Below, in pieces: positions 37,997-48,798 of a stretch of 64,000 nucleotides of DNA. The position numbers and the translations under genes are program-made. A model generated the notes under the pieces. That model saw nothing but the letters and a program-made list of their open reading frames with translations. It did no database searches and had not been told where the DNA came from. The first letter of the stretch is position 1; each line of letters opens with the position of its first letter. The stretch is from positions 3,472,001 through 3,536,000 of the forward strand of contig CP089277.1 in the NCBI GenBank assembly GCA_023920165.1. The letters run 5' to 3'. Source of the DNA: Curvularia clavata (lineage: Eukaryota).

Positions 37997-39124
37997 ATGG
38001 CTTTGACCACTCCCTTTGACCCAACCCACGTCGATCTCACGACCGCAGACCCAGCAGATATAATCTGCTACTTCTATCTCGGCAAAAATGAATACAACGG
38101 CCTCCTCGGTGCCCGTATTTCTTCGATATTTGTCATCGGCTTTGTTTGCACACTCGCAACCTACTTCCCTGTGATGGCACGCCGAAATCCTAGATGCAAG
38201 ATTCCCAAGGGCGGATACACCTTTGCGCGCTTCTTTGGCTCCGGAGTCATCGTCGCAACAGCCTTTATCCACTTGCTCGACCCAGCGTACGAAGCCATTG
38301 GTCCCGATAGCTGCATTGCCGCCAGTGGTGTTTGGGCCAAGTTTCCGTGGTGTGCAGGCATCGTCCTCGTGTCCATCATTGCTGTTTTTAGCGTCGACCT
38401 CGCTGCTGAAGTATATGTCGAGCGGCGCTTTGGCGTTGCACTGCATCAGGGTGATGACGAGGAATCAGACACCTTTGTATGCCTGGCTCAGCACGATACT
38501 ACTACTACCGTTGCGGTAAGGAGTCCCGAGCTAGCTGAGCCGAGTAATATAGATGACAGTGCGGTGAGAGGAAAAGATACACTCGCCGTTTCCTCATGTG
38601 GTAGCCTTCTTGCCGCGCATGCCCGCGTCGCGTTCGCCCAGCAAATCAGCGCGTTTCTCGTCTTAGAATTTGGGATCATTTTTCATTCCGTCATCATAGG
38701 GCTGAACCTAGGGGTTGTGGCTTCTTCCTCTTTCACCACACTGTATCCTGTCCTTGTTTTCCATCAGTCCTTTGAAGGCCTCGGAATCGGCGCCCGCTTA
38801 TCGAGTATCTCGTTTCCGCGTAACAAGGCCTGGATGCCTTGGGCACTGTGTGCACTCTATGGGCTTACAACACCGATGGCTATCGCGGTTGGACTAGGCG
38901 TCCGGACAACATACGTGCCTGAGAGCAGGACGAGTCTGATCGTACAGGGCGTGCTTAATGCGGTGAGCGCAGGTATTCTCATCTACAGCGGCTTGGTGGA
39001 GTTACTCGCTAAGGATTTCCTGTTCGAAAAAGAAAGGACAAAGAACCTGGGAAGCTTAGGCTTAAGTTTGACATACGTGTTGATTGGTGCGGCTAGCATG
39101 GCAGTGCTTGGGTATTGGGCATAG
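37997..39124 (+). CDS. ZIP-family zinc transporter, Zrt1/ZrfB type; intronless; alternative in-frame ATG at 37904
   Basis: FDPTHVDL...ICY...NEYNG.LGARISSIF, FGSGVIVATAFIHLL, LEFGIIFHSVIIGL, FHQSFEGLGIG, MAVLGYWA. Confidence 0.93.
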   Translation: MALTTPFDPTHVDLTTADPADIICYFYLGKNEYNGLLGARISSIFVIGFVCTLATYFPVMARRNPRCKIPKGGYTFARFFGSGVIVATAFIHLLDPAYEAIGPDSCIAASGVWAKFPWCAGIVLVSIIAVFSVDLAAEVYVERRFGVALHQGDDEESDTFVCLAQHDTTTTVAVRSPELAEPSNIDDSAVRGKDTLAVSSCGSLLAAHARVAFAQQISAFLVLEFGIIFHSVIIGLNLGVVASSSFTTLYPVLVFHQSFEGLGIGARLSSISFPRNKAWMPWALCALYGLTTPMAIAVGLGVRTTYVPESRTSLIVQGVLNAVSAGILIYSGLVELLAKDFLFEKERTKNLGSLGLSLTYVLIGAASMAVLGYWA

Positions 39125-39531
39125 AGGAAGAAAAGATGGGTGGTCTGCGCGTAAATCTGGCCGTGATTGGAGCTGTAAACTATCATTGACTTTGGCTCAT
39201 ATTGACAAAGAATGCATTTCAATAGTAGGAAGATATGTTCCACTGTCATTCGAGCAAATCAAAAGTTGTTGTTTTAAGTCCCGTAGCAATCAAGAAGATG
39301 TGTCTTTGACTATTTAATTCTTCACACACTACTCAAGTATTATCTTAGAAGTTCCTATTCTTCTGATATCCGCATACAAATATTTTAAAGAGAGAGAAAC
39401 ATTACACGGAAATAAGAAACCCACAAATAGACGTTCGCGCTACACCATCCACCACCTCCTAGTTGGCCCCACTTCGGCAAAAAAAAAGTCCAGGCACAAC
39501 AGACCCACCACAGCTGAAATACAACTCAGCG

Positions 39532-39542
39532 AAAAAAAAAAA
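39532..39542 (-). terminator. Pol III oligo-T terminator of tRNA-Tyr
   Basis: A-run on + strand (T-run on minus) about 12 nt downstream of the tRNA 3' end. Confidence 0.8.
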
Positions 39543-39553
39543 GAAGAGGCTGT

Positions 39554-39639
39554 TCTCCGCTCCCAGAATCGAACTAGGGACCTTTCGATTACAATTGCTA
39601 TTACAGTCGAACGTGATAAACCAACTACACCAAGCGGAG
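39554..39639 (-). tRNA. tRNA-Tyr (GUA) with 11-nt intron after position 37
   Basis: Minus strand CTCCGCT TG GTGTAGTTGGTTTATCAC G TTCGA CTGTAA [TAGCAATTGTA] A TCGAA AGGTC CCTAG TTCGATT CTGGG AGCGGAG A: acceptor, anticodon and T stems pair; A and B boxes present. Confidence 0.95.
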
Positions 39640-42600
39640 TGATCTGTTCAGTGTTGAACAGGCTTGTGTTGATTGATGAGTAAGCGTCAAATTGTTAAAC
39701 TTATGTACTGAGCGATTTCTTACGCGAGGGCTGTTTTGTTTCTTGACTGATAGCGTTAATCAACAATTTTTATAGTGGGGCAGTCATAGGAAGATTTTCC
39801 ATAAGCGAGGCCTTTCTGGAAAGGCTTTAGAAAGGTTTCCTCATATAGCATAGGGAGAATATCAATCCTTGGCCACATCGCTCTTCATAAGTTCTTAGTC
39901 GCGAGATGTATAGAATCTGAGTATTCTAGTCATAGCTTGCAGGAGAGAAGTTAGGAATTGGGCCTACCTACTCTACAGAAGGCGAGTCGGGCGTCATAGC
40001 TGGAAAAGTTGTGAGGCAAGCGAAGATATGAAATGATACAGTTAGGTCTTACTAAGAAATCCGATAGATTTTTTCTCTGCATCCCATATTGACATACCGA
40101 AATTTAATGGTTTATTGCATATTGGTTTCTGGTCGTGATAGGTATTGCGTGCAATCAGCTAACTGCGTCTCGTATGGAGCTTGGTAGCAGTTTGTAAAGT
40201 ACCCTCTCACTAGACCATTTCAGTAAATATTGTTACGCGCAAGACTCTGTTTATTAGCTCTGCTGTCCGATGTGTAAATAATGCAGAGGTCCGCGTCATA
40301 CCGGTACCTACATGCAACCAACACGCTGTTCCTCTCGAACTCTCAAACAGTGAGTGTGTTAGCTGCACTGATCATGCTCATATCCTAACCTCACACTCCG
40401 GTGTAGAATGCGCAGTGAAAAATCGGGGCAGCTTTGCATCACGTCAGCCCGCTAAATTTTAGGCAAACTTAAGTTGTAGGAATTTCCAGTTGACACTGCC
40501 CAGGATAGTCATCCTCCAAAGCTTACGGGGTGGTGGAGCTGAGATGCAGGAGTACCTAGAGCTGTAGTTTCTCTGATAAAGTTTTACGAGTGCTTACTAA
40601 ATCAGAGAAAATTTGCGCACAAACTACTATCTGATTTCAATCTTACGCAGCAGCATGTATCACAGTTTCACTTCAAACATAATGGGACAGCTATAAGAAA
40701 GATACTAATGCAAGCTTACTCGCTACTCGCGTATAGCTGAAGTTTCAGCAGTAGGTTTGCCGATGGTGTTGGACCTAGCTAAATTTGAATGTGTCCCATA
40801 AAAGCCTATTTGCTACCGATGCCCAAGAGCGGCCTTTACCGAACAGGATTTTTGATATGGCAACGACCTTACAAGATGTTGATCCCCTCACTAGTTATAC
40901 TCCGACATAATCACAGGCCGATGCGCTGCCAAGTCTTAATTTCGAACCACCAAACCGAGTCACTTCACTTGTATATAGCTGAGTAAATATACCATTAAGA
41001 TAAAACATCGAGTATCAGCCTATACCTCCCTCTATACTGCTTTCTCTAATCTACTCGGATCCACAAACTATGAATCTCTACGACTTACACAAACAAGGCT
41101 ACCCTTCGTACTAGACCGAATTTGAACTTCAGAAATACCCATACGCCTAGTCCATCTTACCAGCAGTCCTTCTCGCAGTAGTAACCTACACCCGATGTAC
41201 TTATATCGCCAAAGGACGCCAGTCATCTCTGTACAACTCGTATACACCCCGAGGCCCGTTCATTGAATGTATTAAAAAGGAGCATAGTCCTATTTTCTTG
41301 CGCCCCAGGAAATCTGATGTTGCTGTCATGCTGCAATGTACCCAATCATCAGACGAGCAAGTAACGAATTTGTTGAGGAAGAGAGTAAGGAACCGGTACA
41401 TCAAAAGAAAGTCTCATCGACTGGTCTTTCTGTCAATGATACCTTTCACCATTCATGCACTTCTCATCCACACAGATTCCATCTCGCACCTCCCTCTCCC
41501 TTAAACCCCTCAAACCCGCTCCCCTCTTCCCCAATCAAATTCTCCACAACCTTACCTTCCGTGCCATAAAGCCTAGAAACCCCCTTTGTGTACGGAATAC
41601 ATAATACCGCAAAGCCAAAACAACGCGATTCGATTCCCCTAACACCATCCAGGGCATTCTGACTTTCACATGCACTGCGGCCCAGGCCGCACTACCCCTG
41701 TGATTTACGAAGAAAAGACCACAGTATGTATGTACAAAACGAACAGGAAAAGAGAACGAACAGGCCCCATTCTTTTATTTATCCGCGCCGTATTCATAAC
41801 AATCACAATCATACGAGGCAGCAGAACGACAAACAAAACATACAACATGTGAAAATTGAAAATGCGGCGATACAGGATATGTTAAACATCTCGGTGTATC
41901 TCCACCCGAGTCTCGTACATAGCACAAGCATCTCCACAAAAACGGAGCAAAAGGCCCATGACGTTGGAGGCTTGGTCTTGGCATCTCCTCTTTGTTTTCC
42001 CTGGACATGATGTGTTTGAAATATTACAGGGGTAGCTCTTTAGAGGCCCGTATGTATATAGAGAAAAATAGCAGGGGTCAGATAAACGAACGATACCGCT
42101 ATCATGCTTATCGGACCCTTGTTTAATTTGCAATTCGTGTGTGTTTGATTGCTTTTTACTTTCTATCTGCCTCTCACGATTTCATGGCTGCGGGTAATGA
42201 GGCTTATGAAAGGGGAGGGGAAAAGGAGAGTCGGGATAATTTCACTGGATAGAGACGGCAGAAGCTTTGTAGGGGATTCCCTTCTTTTGTTCTAGGGTCC
42301 AAGAGTGTGGCTATTGGCGGGTGGCTTGATGCGGGACTTTTTTCCTCCTACGTAAAAATAAGACCACAGTATGTACCTACATCCAGACGCATTACTCGCC
42401 GGCTTGCTGCCACGAAAAACCCGACTCGAGCCGTGGGTTGGATCGGGCCGCTGCGGTAGCAGAAAAACAAGCATGAGGTAGGTAGTGGCCCAAAATAAAC
42501 CGGCCCCTTAGATTCTATATAGTGGGCTGTTTCTGAGAACGTTGATACAACGACAGAGCCGCCGCAATCTGATCAGCTCGAGTCAAGGCCAATTAAACCA

Positions 42601-43978
42601 AGTCCAAGTCGGATGTACTCGCAGCACGTCAGCATTCGCCGATCCATGCAACGACGCCGCAGACATGCAGCCCATCCTTCGTAAGCAAAAGGCAAACAGA
42701 TGCATGATCGCCACAAGGCAAAAAGCGTCCAGGTGCGCCGATTGACCATGCACGACATCGAACGCTGCGCAAGGTGGTGACCGGTCCAGAACTGGTACTA
42801 TACCCCCTAGCCATCTATACGTGGCAATAACCATAGTAGTACGAGCGATATTGCCTGACACTGTTGAGCCAAGGGTGACATCCAAGGTCCCTGAAAACCC
42901 TATTTTGAGTTCATTCAGGGATATAAAGCAATATGTGTTGAGGATACAAGAGAGTATTCCTGAGAAGTTTGCCATCATGTTGATGAAAATGTGTGATTCA
43001 TCCAAAGGCAGCTAATGGCGCAATCATGCAGAATATCGCTGGCACAACCTGATTGGCCATTTGGGGCACCCTAGCCTTGTGCAGACTACTGTATGTCGAG
43101 AGATGAATCATGGAATAGATTTACTCAGATGTGATGGGCCGTGTACCAGCATCGTGAAAAAGACGCCAGCAGCCAAGACTTGGTCATCGGTGAGCGGTCT
43201 CGGATCGTGTAGTCCACTGTGATCGTGTCGAATGAATCCCTAGACTTCAGCATGATTGCGATCATCCAGCGATAGAGAGGGTGTGGCGGGGGGGACAACG
43301 GGCGGTCACAGGCAAGGTGAGAAATCGACGATTAACAGAGCACATGACAAGGAAGGTTGAGCGGTGTTGTGTGCGCTAGCTGATACGGAGCTGTCTCGCC
43401 TGTCTTTTTGGGCCTTGTGCCGAGACGGGTACTTGGTTTTGACAGGTATGTAGCACGCACACCAAGTGACGCAAAAGAGCATCAGATTTGTCCACAGACA
43501 TTTTCCCTGGTATGACCAAGATGGCCTGACACTGTCACTCCCGCTGTCAGTAACGTAGCTGTCAAAATGCTGTCCCTCGTCGCTTCTGCAAACACCCTTC
43601 GATAGACACGGCGCTGATCCATGTTGTCGGAATGCCCTCCTGCATAAAAATTTCTTGATTGAGGCAAAGAAGAGCTCGGAGCAAAGGTACCTTCCTGCTG
43701 TGACATACCGGCCCCGCACAGTGCTCGTCACTTGAAATGGGGATGGGCGCGCTGTGTAACATTTGTAACTCGTGTTTGCAAGCTGGCGACTGTATGGTAA
43801 ACTGAGCAGGGCAAGAGTGATACCTGTCGTGCTCGAGTGATTCTTTGTGCGCTCTGGGAGACGTATACGCCGTCTCAAATTGTCGACATACTGCGCGATG
43901 ATGGGTGTGATTTGCACACATTTTGCACGGTAGCAGAAGCAGACGCATCTGCTTTTGTCCAGAAATCTTCCGGTAAGC

Positions 43979-45316
43979 CTAAATAAGAAAAGTCCAGAAG
44001 CTAGGATAGACAAACTCATCCTCGAATATGCGCCTGACTTGCTCCAAGACGAATGATTCTACTTTGCCCACGTTCTTGAGGACTTGTTTACCACTGCCCT
44101 GGCCACCAATCTCGCTCTCGACCTTGATGTTTTCCAGTAGCCCTCCAATCTTAGGGCGCTGCACGGGGCGTGGATTCTGGCCTTGCGCGTCTGTCTGGAG
44201 ACCGTTGAAGCCAGTGTCGCTGCCGACTAAGGCGTCTGCATCCTCAGGCGATAGGAAGCAGAAATGGGCCCGCTTTTTTATGTAGGCAAGGATAGCGACA
44301 CCATCAAAGGTGAGGCCAGTAATGTTGAGTTTGAGAGGGATGCCGACGAAGCTGGGCATGGGATAGTCAAGGAGAATTTCTGCAGTCAGGGACATTTTGA
44401 TATCTCCAGAATATTGCACATGTGTCACAACCTGAATGTCGTCGGGGCTTTTTTCATGTATGCGGTTTGGGGACACAGATGGGGTTCGGGCATAGCTCTG
44501 CTGAGAAGCACCATCATCCGATCCCGCAAAAGAGTGCCGCTTGCTCTCATCTTGCTGATGTCGAGAAGAGGGCCGTGAACTAGGGTCTGGATGAGATTGT
44601 GGCGTGAGTGTTAGCGAGTTGACGGATGCAGCGTGGCGAAGACGCATATTGGTCGGGGTTGTTGGCCGGCCATGAGGGTTGTCAAGCCAGGTGTGTAACT
44701 GTGCGCCAGCTACTGCGGCGAGAGGCGTTGCAGCACCAGACAGACCCGCACTCAACGGGAGATGAAAGTAATTCATGTTGGAAGTGCCACCGGGAATTCC
44801 TGGTGTTAGTGAGCCGGGAAAGAAGGGGCTGCCTATTTCATTGGGAGCCAGCGAATTACGTTTGGTTGACGGCCTGGTACGAGGTTGAGAGGGCCGTACT
44901 CGGGCGTGGTCGGGGTGGAGTTCTTGCAGATTTGCAGTCTCACGACTGCCTCTTTCTTTCCAATGGCTGTCCCTTGGTGGGCGGGTGGATGAGCCGCTCG
45001 ACTCGCGTAGCTTGTTGTCGGTTTCTAAAACTTCCTCCTCGTGTTCGGGCTCGGGCTCAGGCTCAGGCTCGCCGCCTTCCTCGTCCGGATAATCTTCGTC
45101 ATCCTCGTAGAAGTCAGGCAGCGGATCGCATATGTCTTTGATTTCAATTTCTGGAGCCACGCTACCAAAGTCGAATGAGTGCACGTGAACGGAGCGGATG
45201 AAGCGCGGAAGCGTCACCTGCTGGAACCGGTCGTGGATAAAGGCGCGTATCTTCTCTGCACGTGCGGAGCCCTCTGCGCCGCCCGTGATGGTGCCCCAGT
45301 TGATGTCAATCGACAT
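43979..45316 (-). CDS. MDM12: Mitochondrial distribution and morphology protein 12 (ERMES SMP-domain subunit); intronless
   Basis: MSIDINW...IRAFIHDRFQQVTLPRFIRSVHVHSFDFG..APEIEIKDICDPLPDFYE; LDYPMPSFVGIPLKL; VLKNVGKVESFVLEQVRRIFEDEFVYPSFWTFLI. Confidence 0.96.
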   Translation of the reverse strand: MSIDINWGTITGGAEGSARAEKIRAFIHDRFQQVTLPRFIRSVHVHSFDFGSVAPEIEIKDICDPLPDFYEDDEDYPDEEGGEPEPEPEPEHEEEVLETDNKLRESSGSSTRPPRDSHWKERGSRETANLQELHPDHARVRPSQPRTRPSTKRNSLAPNEIGSPFFPGSLTPGIPGGTSNMNYFHLPLSAGLSGAATPLAAVAGAQLHTWLDNPHGRPTTPTNMRLRHAASVNSLTLTPQSHPDPSSRPSSRHQQDESKRHSFAGSDDGASQQSYARTPSVSPNRIHEKSPDDIQVVTHVQYSGDIKMSLTAEILLDYPMPSFVGIPLKLNITGLTFDGVAILAYIKKRAHFCFLSPEDADALVGSDTGFNGLQTDAQGQNPRPVQRPKIGGLLENIKVESEIGGQGSGKQVLKNVGKVESFVLEQVRRIFEDEFVYPSFWTFLI

Positions 45317-47476
45317 AGCTGGAGATTGGATGTTTGGGTTGGGTTGATGTGATGGAGGGGACGCGGCTCCAGCTGCCGAATAAGGAAGAAGCCCAGCCGG
45401 GCCGGGCGCACAAAATAACGAAGCCGAGCTACGGACCACTCAGTAAGCTGCCACACTAGAGCCGTCGCTTGCGCACTTCATCTCTTCACGAAACCCTCGG
45501 ATGTGATGAGGCCGTTACGACTGCAGCAACACCCTGTCCTTCCGTACCGCTCAGTGCCCCGCTTCAGGCTTATTCCTCGGCAGTGAATCCTGCATGTGCT
45601 CATCTCTTTACCAGGATCTGGCAAAAGTGGCATAAACGCGAACTCGACGAACCGCAAGATGCGGAATAATGAACCAGAAACAGGCGCCCTTTGCGTTCTC
45701 GCATGTGCCGGCTACGGACCCGCCATTAAGTGCAGATGGTCCATGTGATGCTGCCAAAGAATTAGGAGGGTAACAGATGAAGCAATGGAACAGGCCAGCA
45801 TGGTCGAGAACAGGATTAAGGTTGAGCCATCTGCCACAGGACACTTAATTAAGAATGACGACGCGAACCAAGCCACCAAGCAAGCTATCAAGCCACCAAG
45901 CAAGCAAGCACGCAATCTTGTCAAGCGCCTTCAGGATGCGTCACAAATCATGCCCTCGATGCGTGTGATGGGCAAGGCTTGCCGGTACTCTTGTGGCTCG
46001 GGATTTTGGACGAACCACAGTGGCAGAAGTCAGCCTGAACGGCTTCTAGAAAAAAACCGTTACCCGGTCGGCCGCAGATAAGCCAAGCGCCGCATTGGCT
46101 TATATCAAGTGCACATATACCCGTTGTACTCGGCTATTTGATCATCGGGGACGCACATACAGTGTGGTGTGGCATACGTCGCCGCAGCTTTGCAGTTTCA
46201 TCACACAAAACGGGTGTGGCACTAGAACAGTCTTAGTAGTTCGGCGCTGGTTCTTGCTGCATCATGCCATGGCGCACGGCGTGGACAAGAGTACCTGAGC
46301 TGACAGCAGTGGTGGACATGCCGCGGCCCGTCCCTTAGCAAGACATGACTACTGTTTCTCCAGCATCATGCTATATTACTTTCATCTCCAAGTCGGGTGT
46401 TACGCCCGGTGCTAGGTGCCTAGCATGGGCGGCATGACAAAAAAACCTGTGCTTGATTTATCGTATCCTATCACAACCCAAGAATAGACTGTGCCTTGGC
46501 CACATAGGCTCGCCTAGCAGGGTGCTAGCGCAGGGCAGTTTGACAAGGTGCTGAAAACCAATATATGTGCTGAGCCTGGGTGGTGATTGACTTGACTCGT
46601 GGTAGCAGGCTCGAGGCCGGTGGATGGTGCTTCGGACAGTCGCCAGAGGATTGCAGACTAGCAGATTGGCGAAAAACGGCAGTGCATGTGGCTGCTTGAG
46701 CGTGATACTGTGCTGTAGATCAGTGTGGATTCATTGGTCGTTGATATGGTCTTGGGATGCGCGCCTGGCGCGCAATGCTAGCAGAGCTCAACAGGTGAAT
46801 TATGGCTACCCAACTCGAAAAGTGGGGGAGGAGACCTCTCTATTCCCGGAGCCTATGATGTTGATTGACTTGCTCGTATACTGGATTTCCTTCTCTCATG
46901 TGAACGCTGTGGAGCACCAGAGGCCGCGGACAGCAATGCCGCGATAGTAATGACAAGATGGTAGGAAAAAAAGCTGCATGGCTCAGAGTCGGCGCATGGC
47001 ACGACCATATTAGAAGAGAGAGAAAATAAGCGTGGTATCCATGAAGCGAAGAAAGAAAAAAAAAAGACCGAGGAAATAGTACGAGTAAGAAAGTGTTTCG
47101 CAACACCAGCCTGTATCCCAAACGCCCGACTTGGTAGGTCCAAAGTCCAAGTAAGTCTCAATGCCCCTTGAAACGCCAAAACTTTTTTTTCGATTCCGTG
47201 ACGCCGTAAAGTGCAGTCGTTGTAGGGGGAAAGAAGGCGGTCAAGCCTCCTGGCAGAAGCAGGCCGTGCGTCGAGTCGTGGAAGATGGACAGCAACGTGC
47301 CTTTGAGCAAAGATGGTGCGGCAAGGACGAAGGCCCGCAGCATGCCACTGGCATGGCATGAGAGGTGGGGTATGGTGGGAATCATTATAGGGCAGGTAGC
47401 ACACTAGATACAGGCTTTGTTAGAAAAGGTATGCGAGGGGCACGGGGTGGAGAGAAGGAGAAGGCGTCGGTACCGA

Positions 47477-47623
47477 TCAATGGTCACATCTATCACACTT
47501 CTCGTCGTGCTTTACCGTCTTGGTGTTGCAGACGCCGCAGGGCGATGTCCTCGAAGTTGCGCAAGGGGCTTTTTCCGCAATTTCGTGGCCACAGCCGTAC
47601 TTGTGTACAACTTTGGTGCACAT
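47477..47623 (-). CDS. Putative 48-aa Cys/His-rich microprotein MCTKVVHKYGCGHEIAEKAPCATSRTSPCGVCNTKTVKHDEKCDRCDH
   Basis: GCTACC-ATG context; first ATG downstream of TATAAA at 48217-48212; 7 Cys + 4 His in an MC-x8-CGH-x7-C-x7-CxxC-x10-CxxC pattern. Confidence 0.72.
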   Translation of the reverse strand: MCTKVVHKYGCGHEIAEKAPCATSRTSPCGVCNTKTVKHDEKCDRCDH

Positions 47624-48065
47624 GGTAGCGGGCGTGTATATGGGAGCGGGGAAGGCGCGGACGCGGGCGCACGGCGGGGGGAAAGCGCCTTCTGCAACGG
47701 CGCCGACGAGGAAGGCGAGACTGCCGGCGACAGCAGCAGCAGCAGCAGTAGTAGGAAGGTGGGGTGGGTGCTGAGCGGCGCTGATTGGCGGACTCGGCGG
47801 CGAGCTCGTGGAAGGTGCAAACGGCGGTTGTGGCAGCTTGAGACGGAGACAGTAATGCGGAGCGCAGCTCAACGGAGAGGGATGCTTCTCGCGGCTAGGC
47901 TAGGAAGCAGCAGGAAACGAAAAAGAGGGAGCAGCGCGGGTGCGAAGCTCAGAATGGAGGTTGTGGACGCTGAGAAAGAGAGGTAGACGAGCCGCCAGAC
48001 ACGTGGGTGGATGGTGGTGGGTTGGCGGTAGACGGAGGGCGATTGGCAGAGAGACGGGAGGAATG

Positions 48066-48120
48066 GTAGCAGTAGCAGTAGTAGTAGCAGTAGCAGTAGC
48101 AGCAGTAGTAGCAGCAGCAG
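48066..48120. repeat. Mixed (TAG/CAG)n microsatellite in the predicted leader of the microprotein gene
   Basis: gtagcagtagcagtagtagtagcagtagcagtagcagcagtagtagcagcagcag. Confidence 0.9.
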
Positions 48121-48211
48121 TGACAACGGTAGCAAAAGTAGTGACAAGTAGTGGATGCAAGAGGAGTTGGTCGGGGCGTCCAGAGGGGAGGCTTGGGGCA
48201 GGGCCGCGAGG

Positions 48212-48217
48212 TTTATA
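48212..48217 (-). promoter_or_regulatory. Candidate TATA box of the microprotein gene
   Basis: TATAAA on minus strand in a GC-rich context, followed by pyrimidine-rich tracts. Confidence 0.55.
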
Positions 48218-48768
48218 AGAGCAGCATTGCGGCGAGCCAGCGTGACGGTAACGCTCGAGAGATTGTTAGATTGCTCTCGCTCCCGTTTGCAACGAGGCGC
48301 GACAGTCTTGTACAGCCGTTGGCTCCGTGCGGAAAGGCCAGGACAATACATAGGCGGAGCTGCTAGCCTTGACGCCTTGACGCCTAGCTGCAGCCAGCAA
48401 AGCCCAGCAGCGCATCAGCCAGGGTGATCCCGCCTCCTGCCCAGCATAGCGTGCCCAATCATACGCGCCTGCACCCCCGACGCACGGCTGCGGCGTGAAC
48501 ATCCAATCACGCCCCACATGCTTTCTCCTCACCCAACCCACCACATCCTCAGCATCCGCCCCGCCATCACGCCGTCCGTCCGCTCTCCAAGCCCACGCCC
48601 ACGCCCACGCCTACGCCTACATACGCCTCTGCCCTTGTTCACGCCCGGCCAGGGTCTCCGCACCAGCCCGCCCTCCAAGCCCCCAGCGCTGTCACGCACC
48701 ATTGTTGCGTGACAGGCCTCAGGGCTGGCCATGTACTGTATCCATCCAACACGTACCGTGCCCTACTT

Positions 48769-48798
48769 TACTCTACTCTACTCTACTCTACTCTACTC
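48769..48798. repeat. (TACTC)6 pentanucleotide microsatellite
   Basis: tactc repeated six times. Confidence 0.9.

Noticed and set aside
43306..44019. 237-aa ORF overlapping the MDM12 end
   Set aside because: TTG start, no motifs, lies in the MDM12 3' region; no frameshift signal seen.
47869..48351. 160-aa ORF with poly-Leu
   Set aside because: Translation of the CTA/CTG repeat in the predicted microprotein leader.
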